From: an uncultured Planctomycetaceae bacterium
GTDB taxonomy: Bacteria > Planctomycetota > Planctomycetia > Pirellulales > PALSA-1355
Assembly (NCBI GenBank): GCA_963785305.1
Contig: CAWAUV010000007.1
Coordinates: 1,888,001-1,952,000 of the forward strand
DNA length: 64,000 bases
Direction: 5' to 3'
Shown here: positions 8,054 to 20,886 of the stretch, piece after piece
Layout of the letters: every line of letters starts with the position of its first letter
Numbering within the stretch: the first letter of the stretch is position 1
Translations under genes and position numbers: made by a program
Notes under the pieces: generated by a model
The model's input: only the letters and a program-made list of their open reading frames with translations
Told to the model about the DNA's origin: nothing
The model's database searches: none

Positions 8054-8326
8054 CCGAGAGACTCCTCCGTGAGGAACTGCTGCCACCAGGGGACCGCGTG
8101 CGGTCGAACGCCACCCTCGAACAAAGGGCAACGCGCGAGTCGCGTCATGTTCCGATCCAACGATCAGCGGCCTGTGTCTTGTCGGCCCCGACGACCCGCG
8201 CCCGTTTGAGGCGTCGGCAATCGAAGCCGTTGAAATCCGTTTCGAGCGATTGCTTTGAGACGAGTCGAACCAAATCAGACGGGATATATCGTAATGTTCT
8301 TTGTTCTTGAATTTTCGCGACGCTTT

Positions 8327-8770
8327 TCAGGGCGCCGCGCTGTTGGGCGAACTATACACGGTCGAACCGTCGATCCGGCCGCGATCGGCCGTTTCGTCCG
8401 CGGGGCCGTTGCCCGACGCCGGTCGCGCGTCGTCGGAGCCTTCGGCCTCGACACACAGTCCCGCGGCGCGGGCTCGCTCGGCGGCTTGCCGCTCGAGTTC
8501 GCGCACACGTTCTTCCATCTCTTTGCCCGGTTTGAAGGTCACGACGAATTTCTCCGGCACGTACACCTTATCTCCGGTTCGCGGATTGCGGGCCTTGCGG
8601 GCGGCTCGTTTCTTGACTTCGAACACGCCGAAGTTCCGCAATTCGATGCGACGTTCCTCGACCAGCGTTTCCACGATCGCGTCAAATGTCTTCTGAACGA
8701 TCTCTTTTGTCTTGAGCTGCGTGAGCCCGATCTCGTCGGAAATGGTCTTGACGATCTCTTTCTTGGTCAC
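8327..8770 (-). CDS. HU/IHF family DNA-binding protein with acidic C-terminal tail
   Basis: [44 protein letters not shown] before GTG at 8770. Confidence 0.93.
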   Translation of the reverse strand: MTKKEIVKTISDEIGLTQLKTKEIVQKTFDAIVETLVEERRIELRNFGVFEVKKRAARKARNPRTGDKVYVPEKFVVTFKPGKEMEERVRELERQAAERARAAGLCVEAEGSDDARPASGNGPADETADRGRIDGSTVYSSPNSAAP

Positions 8771-9501
8771 GACGGGTATCTCCTCGGTGAGAAGGGGCCG
8801 AATCTGCCGGAAAAAGACCGTCGATCGGCTGGCCCAATCATGCTCCAAGTGTAGATGCCGTAAAGACTACAGTCAAGCTCAAAGGGGTTTGTCGCCCCTC
8901 GCCCCTGGCCGGTCCAAAAACGAACTGCTCGCGGCCCTTCCCGGGGCCGAGGGCTGCAAAGCCTTGCTCGGCATGGTGTTGCGGCGAGAGTCCTGTTTTT
9001 TTAGCGGCCATGTCTCTAAAAACCATTCCGTGCCAAGGAGTTGCGCCCTGGCTTTCGCATTCGACGCGTCGACTGGGGCCGCCTTTTTGTCAAAGCCGAC
9101 CACTTCGCGCGGAAATCGAATGCCAGAGTTATCGTCGCCCCAGCCAGTAAACTTTAGCTCCTTGGAATAATCGGCAAGAAGATTCCCAACTCCCCAGTCG
9201 GAATTTTACAATCCGCCGCTTTTCCGGCCATTCGCTGGCGCCGCCACCTGGCGCCAAGCAAGCGTCGCGCGCACGCCCCACACAAGCCGTCAAGCGCCGG
9301 CGAGGCTGGCTTGGGCTTGTTGGGGGCCAATGAAACCGGCATCCCGGTCCGTCCCCTGGCGCTTCTCGCGAGGGCGTCATTCGCTGGCGCTGGGCGCGCG
9401 GTTTGCCTTCGCTGGCGCCAGGCTCGACTCGGGGAGCGACCGCGGCCCGCGAGAGCAAATTCAGCTCAACCGGCGCGCGATCGCTTCATCGCCGCGATCG
9501 C

Positions 9502-9921
9502 TCACAGCTTGACGATCGAGAGTTGATGCTGAATCTGGTCGAGCGAATAGAGCTTGCCCTTGCCGCTGCCGGGACATGCTTCGCAGGTGTCGGCCCAGGC
9601 TTCGGGCGTGCGCACGTTCGAGTTCCAGAAAGGCCACGTGCGGCATTGGCGGGGACGCGCGTCGTAGACCGTGCAACGGCGGGTCTTGCCGTCGAAGAAC
9701 ACACAGTCGCCATTGGAATATTCGATCAGACTGCGGCGCACGCCCACGCGGCGCACGAACTCGGCTTCAAATGCCGCGACATCCATCTGCTTGAGCGCCG
9801 CCAACTCGGCGATCTCGGCCGCATTGACCCACACAAAGCCGGGCGCACCGGTGCAACAGTCGCCACAGCCGGTGCAGCGAAAGCGGAGTCCGTCTTGATA
9901 CCAGGGCTGGTCGTCGGCCAT
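9502..9921 (-). CDS. YkgJ-family cysteine-cluster (putative Fe-S/Zn) protein
   Basis: FRCTGCGDCC, CVFFD, CTVYDARPRQCRTWPFW, CPG. Confidence 0.88.
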   Translation of the reverse strand: MADDQPWYQDGLRFRCTGCGDCCTGAPGFVWVNAAEIAELAALKQMDVAAFEAEFVRRVGVRRSLIEYSNGDCVFFDGKTRRCTVYDARPRQCRTWPFWNSNVRTPEAWADTCEACPGSGKGKLYSLDQIQHQLSIVKL

Positions 9922-10015
9922 TGCGCGTTCGATTTGGTATTTCGGGAAGGAATCACCTCGCTCAGGGAGCGATCGGCCGCCGACGCCGGAAAAGACAGCG
10001 CATGCGGCCCGCATT

Positions 10016-10975
10016 CTAGCGACTTCCGACCGCGCGACAAGCAGGCCGCCCTCGCGGAGGATTCGTTGCGGTTACGGGCGGCGCTGCCGGGGCTTGCTCC
10101 GCGCCAGCGCTCTTGCCGGTGCTCTTTGTGGCGGCGGCGCTCGCGGCCGCGCCCGAGGCCGGCTCGGCGCTCTTGGCCCGCGCGACGGGCGATTCGGCGG
10201 CCATGGCTTCGGCGGCGTTCGATACGGCCAAACCCTGCTGCATTTGTTCGGCCGAGAAATAGGGCTCGCTTTCGCCGCTCAAATGCTCAACTCGCTTGGC
10301 GGAGAGATCATCCCAGCTCATGCCGCTGTTCAAGTGCCAAGCGGCGATTTGGGCGGCCCGTTGGTCGATCTTGCCGCGGCCGAGCATCGCACACAGTTCA
10401 GCCACGCCGGTCTTGGTGGTGTAGCTTTCGATCGGATGGATCTCGTAGGGGATCGCCGGCCGGGGGTCTTTCTTGCCGTGGTCGAGGCACACGGTGTCGA
10501 CCTTGAACTGCCGGACCTGTTCGGGCGGGATGTTGAACATGCCGCCGCCACCCATGCCGCCCATGCCGCCGCCGCCCATTCCTCCCATGCCTCCCATTCC
10601 CATGCCGCCCATGCCGCCGCCCATGCCCTGGTTCATCATGTTATTTCCACCGGCCCCGCCGCCGCCGCGGCGTCCACCTGGAGCTTGCGCCAGCACCGGC
10701 ACTCCGGCAAAGGCCTCCGGCAACTTGACGCTGAGCGGCTTCTTGGTGTTGTTCTTGAGAATCACGCGGGCTTCGCGGTCGTTCTTGGGAATGAACTTCA
10801 CATCCAGATCGCCGCTTTGCATCGCGGCGAACATATCGACTCCACCGCCCACCGCGGGAACACTCGCCGGCGCCCCGGACGCGGGATCGACTATCGCTTC
10901 CGCGGCGAGCGAGAGCGAAATCTCGCAGAAGAGGGCCAACGACATGGCGATCATGAACCTGCGAAGCGAAGTCAT
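10016..10975 (-). CDS. Secreted hypothetical protein with Gly/Met-rich linker
   Basis: Signal peptide, GGGMGGMG tract, VCLDHGKKDP motif. The 3' end may be frameshifted. Confidence 0.7.
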   Translation of the reverse strand: MTSLRRFMIAMSLALFCEISLSLAAEAIVDPASGAPASVPAVGGGVDMFAAMQSGDLDVKFIPKNDREARVILKNNTKKPLSVKLPEAFAGVPVLAQAPGGRRGGGGAGGNNMMNQGMGGGMGGMGMGGMGGMGGGGMGGMGGGGMFNIPPEQVRQFKVDTVCLDHGKKDPRPAIPYEIHPIESYTTKTGVAELCAMLGRGKIDQRAAQIAAWHLNSGMSWDDLSAKRVEHLSGESEPYFSAEQMQQGLAVSNAAEAMAAESPVARAKSAEPASGAAASAAATKSTGKSAGAEQAPAAPPVTATNPPRGRPACRAVGSR

Positions 10976-11428
10976 GGCTTGAACCCCTGGAGCTCGGCGT
11001 GGAGGATTGAACAATGCGTGCAAAATAGTCGCTTGCTGAATTATCAATTGCTCAAGAGAACTCGCGATTCGCCGAGCGAGACAAGCGTGGGGGACAATGG
11101 CGAACCGCAACCTTCTAGGGTACTCCCTCGACCGGAAAAAACAAGCAATTTCGCGGGCTCTCGGCGGCAAATAGGGCGAAATGTCGGCTCGCGCCAGTGT
11201 CGTTCGCGACCGGCGGAAACCATGCCGCCAGCGGCCAGGCCGCGCTCGGCCCCGTTTTGCGCCAATTTGCGGCTCTTTTGCCCCAGACGAATGCTACTAA
11301 GGCACAAAATCGGCCTAGCGACGGAACATTGGGCTCGGGTAAGGTGGCCACCCGATAAATTCGATCGCCGGCCGCGGACCGCCCCCCGAGCGCCGCCGGC
11401 GCCGGCGATGACCCGTAGGGCGCCAACC

Positions 11429-11893
11429 ATGTATCTGGACGAACCGCGCAGCTTCGATCAGGTGGAGACCGGCGACGCCTGGAAGAGCCCCTCGCGCACG
11501 ATCACCGAAACCGATATCGTGAACTTCGCGGGCCTCACCGGCGACTACAACGCGCTGCATGTCGATCATAAGTTCGCCCGCAGCACTCCCTTTGGCCGGC
11601 CGATCGCCCATGGGCTCTTGGGCCTTTCGCTGGTGGCGGGGCTCGGGAGCCACAGCCCGGCAATGCAAACCGCCGCGTTCATGCGGCTCGTGGAATGGAA
11701 GTTCCTGCACCCGATCTATATCGGCGACACCGTGCATGTGGTGACCGAGGTCGTGGATAAGCAGCCTGGCGGGCGCAAGCACGGGCTGATCGTCTGGCGG
11801 CGGCAACTCGTCAACGAAGAAAACAATATCGTGGTGCAGCAAGGATTGTTCGAAACCCTGGTCCGCCGTTCGCAGCTCAAAGCCGCGGCGTGA
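11429..11893 (+). CDS. MaoC-like (hotdog-fold) dehydratase
   Basis: RTITETDIVNFAGLTGDYNALHVD, PIAHGLL, PIYIGDT. Confidence 0.9.
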   Translation: MYLDEPRSFDQVETGDAWKSPSRTITETDIVNFAGLTGDYNALHVDHKFARSTPFGRPIAHGLLGLSLVAGLGSHSPAMQTAAFMRLVEWKFLHPIYIGDTVHVVTEVVDKQPGGRKHGLIVWRRQLVNEENNIVVQQGLFETLVRRSQLKAAA

Positions 11894-11903
11894 AGCACAC
11901 AGC

Positions 11904-12331
11904 ATGGAAATTCTGATCCGCGATCTCGTGGTCGACGATCTGGCGAACGGCTTCTTGGAAACGCTCGCCGAACTTGCGCCACGGGGCTCGACCCCGCCGC
12001 GGCTCGCGCCGTGTTCGAGGCGCGGCAAGCGGCCGGAGTGCGCACCTTCGTGGCGGTCGATGGCCCACGCGTGATCGGCACGACTTCGCTGGTCGTGGAG
12101 CTGAAGTTCATTCATGCCGGCGCTCGTTGCGGGCATATCGAAGACGTGGCCGTGCATGGCGAATACAAGAAGCTCGGCATCGGCGCCCGGCTGGTGCGCC
12201 ATGCGACCCGGGCGGCGGCCGAAGCAGGCTGCTACAAAGTGATTCTGTCGTGCTTCGAGCGGCTCGTTCCCTTCTACGAGGGCTGCGACTACCGCAAGCA
12301 CGATGTCGGCATGCGGCACGATATCGCGTGA
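11904..12331 (+). CDS. GNAT acetyltransferase, glucosamine-phosphate N-acetyltransferase-like (one frameshift near 11980)
   Basis: MEILIRDL...GFLETLAEL in one frame, then ELKFIH...GHIEDVAV...GCYKVILSC...FYEGCDY in the next. Confidence 0.82.
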
Positions 12332-12384
12332 ATATCGTCTGAACCCGTGCGAGGAATTCCACGAAGCTCGCCACGCATTGCTCG

Positions 12385-15300
12385 CTAATCCCCGAGCAGT
12401 TCGAGCACTCCCTCGAGTGGAACCGACACGACATCGGGTCTGTGGTCGAGATCATGCACCAGTTCTTGCAATGCGCGCTGCAAAAGATGGAATTGCAAGA
12501 GCGCCGTGCGCTGGGTCAGCGACTCGGGCAAAAGATCGGACTTTTCCACGGCCGACGCATAGGCCTTGAGAAACGCCGAGCTGCTCCACAATCGCCAAAA
12601 ATTCAGTGGCCCGCGCAACTCCTCGGAGGCTCCGAATCCGGTTTGCACGAGCCGCAACATCACGTGCGCGGCCACATAGTCAAACGAGCGGAGCATCGTG
12701 GCCACGTCTTCCACGGCCGATCGCTTGATCCTTCGCGCCACCAGATCGCGCTGGGTTTGGCCCTCGAAATCGGCGATCAGAAATTCATTGCCCACCGAGA
12801 GCAGTTGCCCCAGGTGATAGTCGCCGTGGCAGCGAATGCGCCGGGTGACGATCCGCTCGCGAGTCGTGGAGCGAAAGAGCGCAGTGGGCTCGGGGTTCGC
12901 GTTCGAGCGCTAGCCGGCGCGCTCGGCGGTGGCCGGCGCGAGGGTGTCGAGCCGGCGCCGCAGCAGCGCGAAGGCTTGCGATGTGAGCTTGCGCGTCGAT
13001 TGTTCGAGCGAACGCTGATAGAGCTGCGTGAACGGCTCGGGAACGAAATTTCTCGAAGCGCCGCGGGCCGAGGCCGAATGGAATTCGGCCGTCAACTTGC
13101 CGATCGCCGTGGCGGCGTCGAGGTAGCGACTCAGGTGTTCGCGCGCTTCGGGCGGCGCGTCGCCGGCGGCCATCTCCCACGCCGATCGGGCCAGTAACCC
13201 GCCACTCGTGGGCCGCTGCTCGACGGTGAGCGTGACGATGTGCTCCAAAAACCGATCCAGCCAGTCGGCGGTGAACTGATAGGCGGTCGTGGCGTTGGGC
13301 ACATAGGCTTGGAGCACGCCGACCGTGACGAGCTCGTCGTCGCCGCCGCCGCGGTATTCGAGCCGGCCCACGACCGGCGGCGTGCCCGGAAAGCCGAGCT
13401 CGTCGCTGAGCACGCGTCCCATTTCCGAGTCGGGATTTTCACCCCATTCCAGTCGGCGAAACATCTTGAGGATCAGCTTGTCGCCAAACACCACATCGCT
13501 CGTGGTTTCCGAGCCGGGGGCGGCCGAAGGTTTGAGCGACTCGGGTTCGGCCGAGATTTCGCGGAGCTTGGGCGTCGTCGAACCGAAGATCTCGCCCTCG
13601 GGGCTTTGCACCCGGCGGCGGCCGACGATCGCGTCGAGCAGCGGGGCAATGCGGCTCGGCTCGATCAGCGCGTCGTAAAGCACTCCGGGCTCATCCCGCA
13701 CATGTTCATGCACTTTGACGATCACGGCTTCGGGATGCACCTCGAGCAGCCGCCGCGCCTCCTCGCCCCCGGCGTGTTCGAGCGGCAACGAATAGACCTC
13801 GGGGTCGCCATCGCCGTACTCGACCCGGGCGAAGAGCAGCCAAAATTCACCGCGCCGCTCGCCGCGCCCGAACGAAGCGCTTCCTAGAATCGACACGCGC
13901 TGGATCGAGCGCCCGCGACCGGTGAACCAGCGGCGCCGCGGCAGATCGTCGGCCAGCACCGCTTCGAACTTCGATTTGGCGCGACCGCGCAGTAGCTCCG
14001 TCCAGTCGCGATGCGCCTCGGATTGTGCGCGGTTGCGTCGCGGCGAGCGCGTCTCCGTCGGTCTCCTTGGTGAGATTGAACCAATAATAACCATGGGGCG
14101 AAAGCGAGAGGACATAGGGGCCGGCGCCGATCGACGGAAACGGCGTTTGACCCAAGATCTCGATCGGTCGGCGGCCGGCGAACTCCGAGAGATCGAGCTC
14201 CACATACTGCGCTACCCGGGCCAAATTGGCCACCACGAGAATACATTCCTCATCGATCCGGCGCACGAAGGCAAGCACCTTGCCATTGGTCGGAGTGAGC
14301 GGCTCGAACGATCCGCGGCTGAAGGCCCGATGCCGCTGCCGCAGAGCCACGAGCCGCTTGGTCCACCAAAGCAGCGAGTAAGGGTTCTTCTGTTGAATCT
14401 CGACATTGACGGCGTCGAACACATATTCGGCGTCGAGAATCACCGGCGAATAGAGCCGCTGCGGATTGGCCCGGGAGAAGCCGGCATTGCGATCGGGGCT
14501 CCATTGCATGGGAGTGCGCACGCCGTGGCGGTCGCCCAGATAGATATTGTCGCCCATGCCGATCTCGTCGCCATAGTACACGACCGGCGTGCCCGGCAGC
14601 GAAAACAAGAGCACATTGAGGAGCTCGATCTGGCGGCGATTGTTGCTCAAGAGCGGAGCGAGCCGACGGCGAATGCCGAGGTTGATGCGCGCCTGGCGAT
14701 CGCGCGCGTACACGCGCCACATATAGTCGCGTTCTTCATCGGTAACCATTTCGAGCGTGAGCTCGTCGTGGTTCCGTAGAAACATCACCCATTGGCAGTT
14801 GTCGGGAATCGGCGGCGTTTGGGCGAGAATATCGACGATCGGGAAGCGATCTTCCATGTGCATCGCCATGAACAGCCGCGGCATCACCGGAAAATGAAAC
14901 GCCGCCTGGCATTCATCGCCATCGCCGAAATACGCGATCGCGTCTTCCGGCCATTGATTCGCCTCGGCCAGCAGCATGCGGCCGGGAAAGTGCTTGTCGA
15001 CATGGGCCCGAAGTTTCTTGAGAAAGACATGTGTTTCAGGAAGATTTTCACAGTTCGTGCCCTCGCGCTCGAAGAGATACGGCACCGCGTCGAGCCGGAG
15101 GCCATCGACACCCATCCGCAGCCAGTAGTCGAGCACCTCGAACACCGCCTTGCCCACCAGCGGATTGTCGAAATTCAAATCCGGCTGATGCGAATAAAAG
15201 CGATGCCAGTAATAGGCCTTGGCGACCGGGTCCCAACTCCAATTCGAGGGCTCGAAGTCCTTGAAAATGATTCGGGCCTCTTTGTAGAGCTCCGGCGTGT

Positions 15301-15802
15301 CGCTCCAGACATAAAAGTCGCGCCAGTCGCCGCCGGGCGGCGAATTGCGGGCCCTTTGAAACCAGGGATGCTGGTCCGAAGTGTGGTTGATCACCAGCTC
15401 GGTGATGATCCGCAAGCCGCGGGCATGCGCCTCGCGCACGAAATGCTTGAAGTCACGGAGCGTGCCGTACACCGGATTCACATCCATGTAGTCGGCGATA
15501 TCGTAGCCATCGTCGCGAAGCGGAGAAGGATAGAACGGTAGGAGCCAGATGGTGGTCACGCCCAGGTCTTGCAGATAATCGAGCTTGGCGGTAAGGCCGG
15601 GAAAATCGCCGACACCATCGTCGTTGCTGTCGAAAAACGAGCGCACATGCAACTGATAGATCACCGCGTCTTTGTACCACAGGTCGGTGGCGGCCATCGC
15701 TTCGTCCGCGGCCGGCGCGGTTCGCGGTTTCTCCCGACCGGCGGCGGTTCCGCTCGCCCTCGCGTCTTCGCTCTCGACACTCTCCGCGGCGTGTTCGTGC
15801 AT
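12385..15802 (-). CDS. treS: Trehalose synthase fused to maltokinase (several frameshifts)
   Basis: WYKDAVIYQLHV, DDGYDIADY, NHTSDQHPWF, LRLDAVPY, LLAEANQW, FLRNHDELTLE. Downstream frames give maltokinase motifs (RRWF, LKMFRRL, DFEG, DVATMLRSFDY). Confidence 0.9.
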
Positions 15803-15897
15803 GAACGGTTCCAGCTTTCCTGCTTCTCGGGGAGAAAAACGTCGGGGCGGGGCGCGGTCTCCGCCTTCTCAATGCACACGGGTGAACCGCGCGAGTT

Positions 15898-17900
15898 TTA
15901 TGTCGACCGCGGCCAGAGCACGATCGTGGTATGGCCTGGAAAATACCAATGGCGGGTGTCGATCGGGCCGGTGCCCGAGCCGCCATAGCGCGGGTCTTCG
16001 CTCGACCACATGAGCTGCCAGTCGGTTCCGTCGGGCGGAGCGAGCAGCGGCTCGGCCGAGGGATTCCATTCGAGATCGTGGCCTAGATTGACGAGCAACA
16101 GTCGATCTTCGCCCGCTTCGCCGATGAACCGCAGGGCAAACGCCTCGCCCGAGAGCACGGCGCCCGCGACGCGATCGGATCGCTGGGCGGAGAACATGGG
16201 GTCATCGCGACGCAATCGCAAGAGATCGCGGTGCAAGGCGAGCGCTTCGTCATGTCGGTCCCGCTCGGAGAGGTCGAGCTTCGAGCGGACAAACGCCTCG
16301 CGGTCGCAGGGGTCGGAAAAACAGGCCCCGGCGTCGGCGCCGGCCATGCTCCGAAAGTTTTTCATGAACTCCATGCGCCCCAGACGCACTTGCTTGCCGA
16401 GCTTGGCGTCGGCATGGTCGGCGAAATATAAGAACGCGCTCGAGGCCGCGAACTCCTGGCCTTGAAACAGGAGCGGAGTGCCGGGGGCGAGCAGGAGAAG
16501 CGCGGTCATTGCGCGCATCCGCCCGGGAGAGACCTGTTCATGAAGCCGGCGTCCGTGGGGCGAGTTGCCCACCTGGTCATGGTTTTGCAAAAAGGTGATG
16601 AACTGGCGCCCGCCCACGTCGAGCGAAGGCGTGCCGCGGGGCTTGCCCTGGCGATCGTTCCACTGGCCCTGATACAAATAGCCCCACTGGATCGCCGACA
16701 GGATTTCTTGCGGCGTGCCGCGGTAATCGGAATAGTAAAATTCGGCGCGACCGGTCATCGCCACGCGGGCCGCATGATGAAAATCATCGTTCCAGGCGGC
16801 GTCGATTCCGTAGCCGCCCCGATTTTCGGGCCGCAAGAACCGGGCTTGCTGCAGTTCATTTTCGATCGTCATGAGCGTGCCGCGTCCCTGGGCGGCCTCG
16901 CGCACGCGACGCGCGATCTCACTCACGACATGCACGGGCGAATCGTCCATGATCACCTGCACGGCGTCCATGCGGAGACCGTCGAAGTGATATTCATCGA
17001 TCCAATAACCGGCGTTGGCGATAAAGAACTCGCGCACCGGTTGGCAATTGTCGCCGTCGAAATTAATCGCCTCGCCCCATTCGGTCGCATGGCGCGTCGA
17101 GAAAAAATCGTCGCTGAACTGGCGGATGTAATTTCCTTGCGGGCCGAAATGGTTGTAGACCACATCGTGAATCACGCCCAGTCCGAGCCGATGGGCTTCG
17201 TCGATAAAGCGGCGGAGATCGTCGGGCGAGCCGTAGTTGCGCGTGGGGGCAAAGAGATTCACGCCGTCGTATCCCCAGCCGAAATGGCCGTCGAACTCGG
17301 CGAGCGGCATGAGCTCGACGACCGTGATACCCAGTTCGCTTAGGTACTGCAGCTCCTTGGTCGCCGCGGCCAATGTGCCGGCATCGGTGAATGTGCCGAC
17401 ATGCAATTCATAAATCACTTGCCGCGCGGGCGAGATGCCTTTCCACTGGCCATCGGTCCAATCGAAGGTCGAGGGATCGACGATCTCGGAAAGCTCGTGG
17501 GGTCCCGCGGGCTGTAAGCGAGAGGCGGGATCGGGATAGAGCTTTTCCTCGCCATCGAGCCGAAAGCCGTAGAGCATGCCGGCGGTGGCGGCGGGCGAGT
17601 AGCCGGAAAAATATCCGCCGTCCTCGCGATCGAGCACGATGTTTTTCGGCGCGGCCGCGCGCTTCGAATCCGCCTCGCTCCGCGCGCGCCCGCGCTCTTC
17701 GGCCGCGGCTCGGGTAAGCGAAACACGACTTCAGCATTCTTTCGCTTGGGCGCCCAGACCCGAAAATGCACTCCGTCGCTTTTCGATTCGGAATTCGTCT
17801 TCGAGCGTTGTTCGCTCGCTCGTTGCACCTCCGCCCCGACCGGCAAGCGGCGTTGGTAACTGGCGCGGGTCCGAGTCGCTTGATCGACCGGAGTCATCAT
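15898..17900 (-). CDS. treZ: Malto-oligosyltrehalose trehalohydrolase (frameshift near the N-terminus)
   Basis: RRLPVGAE/VHFRVWAP N-terminus, then YELHVGTFT, WGYDGV, DVVYNHFGP, GLRMDA, WNDDFHH, QNHDQVGN. Confidence 0.9.
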
Positions 17901-17960
17901 GTTCCCTGTCTTTCGGCAAAATTAGCGTGATGTATCGTGGGGCCAATCGAGGTCGGCTGA

Positions 17961-18353
17961 TCACGGCGCGGCGTTGCTCGGGTTCACGGTGACGCCCTGT
18001 CCGCCACCGATGTCGACATGCGTGCCCGATCCGCCCGGTCCCGGTGGCACGTCGACATGAATGCCGCCGCCCGGCGGGCTCACATCCACATGAGTGCCGC
18101 CTGCCGTGTTAATACGCTCGCCTGGAGACGTCGACGACGCCGGCCGCGCGACGGTCCGGGAAGGAGTCGGCGAGACCGGCATCTCCCGGTTACTCGCATG
18201 AGGCGGGGCTGGGTTCGAGGGGCTCTCATGCAGCGCCTCGTGACCGCAACCGCCGAGCGCTCCGAGCACGAGCGCCAAGCCGCACAGTTCCACGGCGCCC
18301 AACGAGTGGTTGAGTCGAGACCAACTATAAGCGATCCATTGTCGCGTTTGCAT
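17961..18353 (-). CDS. Hypothetical lipoprotein, Pro/Gly-rich
   Basis: Hydrophobic stretch ending in an LGGC lipobox; repeated HVDV/HVDI motifs. Confidence 0.55.
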   Translation of the reverse strand: MQTRQWIAYSWSRLNHSLGAVELCGLALVLGALGGCGHEALHESPSNPAPPHASNREMPVSPTPSRTVARPASSTSPGERINTAGGTHVDVSPPGGGIHVDVPPGPGGSGTHVDIGGGQGVTVNPSNAAP

Positions 18354-18814
18354 GGCACATCCCTCCGCGGAGAATCCTGAAGCTAGCTGATTCGTTGGAA
18401 AAGGTCGGCGCGAGCCGATCACGCTAAAAATTCGAGGCACATGGCTTCGCCGGCCAGTGTTTCGTCTATCGAAAGCAGTTGAGGGGCAACGAATGTGCCA
18501 AACGCTCGCCAAAAACGCGGTGAACGATGCTCTGAACTTGCTGAGTCGACGGGCGACCGTTTAAAAATGGTCGCCCAGTGCTCCGTCAAATCGCCGAAAC
18601 TGGTTGCTCGGGAACCAGACTGACCGCCGCGCGGGCAAAGCGCCGGGTGAGGAGGCTGATGTTGGACCCCCGCCGAATATACCGCCGGAATCAAGAAATA
18701 TTTCCTGCCCTCCCTTGCGTTTCGGGTCGGGATGGGAACTTTCGTCTGTCCGCCCCACTTCACCGCCCGAAACGGTAGCGTGGGCCTCGGGGCCTTTCCC
18801 CCAAAAACGCCGAA

Positions 18815-18845
18815 GGCAAGCCTGAACATTGCTTTCAGGCTTGCC
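18815..18845 (-). terminator. Intrinsic terminator-like hairpin after ilvC
   Basis: Perfect 12-bp stem GGCAAGCCTGAA/TTCAGGCTTGCC, followed on the minus strand by TTCGGCGTTTTT. Confidence 0.6.
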
Positions 18846-18880
18846 CACGTGTTTTTCTCGTAACTCATGGCGTTCTTCGG

Positions 18881-19882
<1,002 letters not shown>

Positions 19883-19967
19883 GGCGGCTGGAAGTTCCTG
19901 GAAGCGATAAAAAGGCGATTTAGGAGGGACAGCGCTGCCTCGGGGGTTAGGCGAGCGGCGCGGCGCG

Positions 19968-20474
19968 TTATTTCGATTCTTTGACGGCCGAGGCCTTGGA
20001 GCCGCGGACCATGGCGATCCGTCCGGTGCGCACCAGTTCGATAATGCCAAATTCGCGCATCAGGTCGATAAAGGCCTCGATCTTGCGCTCCTGGCCCGAG
20101 ATTTCGATCATCACTTCGTCCGGGGCGACATCGACGATGCGTCCGCGGAAGATGGTGGTGAGCTCGCGAATTTCGGCGCGTTTGCCACCCGGCGGCGCGG
20201 CGACTTTCATGAGCATCAGATCGCGTTCGACATAGTCTTGCGAGCTGACATCGAAGACGTTGACGACCGTGACGACTTTTTCGAGTTGCTTGCGAACTTG
20301 TTCGAACACGGCCGCGTCGCCCATGACGACGAATGTCATGCGCGAGAGGCCGGGGTTCTCGGTTTCGCCCACGGCGAGGCTGTCGATATTGTATCCGCGC
20401 GAGGCGAGCATTCCCGAGATATGCGCGAGCACGCCCGGCACATTTTGCACGACAGCCGACAACACATGACGCAT
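19968..20474 (-). CDS. ilvN: Acetolactate synthase small regulatory subunit
   Basis: [35 protein letters not shown]. Upstream of ilvC. Confidence 0.95.
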   Translation of the reverse strand: MRHVLSAVVQNVPGVLAHISGMLASRGYNIDSLAVGETENPGLSRMTFVVMGDAAVFEQVRKQLEKVVTVVNVFDVSSQDYVERDLMLMKVAAPPGGKRAEIRELTTIFRGRIVDVAPDEVMIEISGQERKIEAFIDLMREFGIIELVRTGRIAMVRGSKASAVKESK

Positions 20475-20886
20475 TCTAGCGATTTCCTTCCCACCGACAC
20501 TCGCGGATACTGCCATTCACGGACAGCGCCATTCACGGACACTGCGGCCCGACGACGGCGCCGGGCAAAAAATCAAGCCTTTGATGATAGCCAGCCGCCC
20601 AGCGGGGAACAAGGGACCGGCCGCGAAAGCTGGAATCGCGGAATCGCCTCGCGGATTCATAGGTCGATCAAAACGGCCCCGAACGCTTGCTCGTCCCCGA
20701 CGAGGCATCGCAATCGCATGGGTTTCGCGCGATATACTTGCATCGGGCTTACGATGCTATACTCGGGGCCCTCGCTTCGGTACGTCACGGCTCACTCGTT
20801 CTTTCGAGTTTCGGCCGTTTTTCGGCGACTTTTTGGACTTCGACGCCTCCCTATTTGGTCCCCGCACAGTCCACGGAAATTGACCC

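Noticed and set aside
8851..8870. GTAG...CTAC resembling another REP
   Set aside because: No 8-bp GC stem follows GTAG, so it does not match the REP family in the RM genes.
10094..11428. Long N-terminal extension of the MaoC ORF
   Set aside because: Antisense to the 10016..10975 gene; MaoC similarity begins at ATG 11429.
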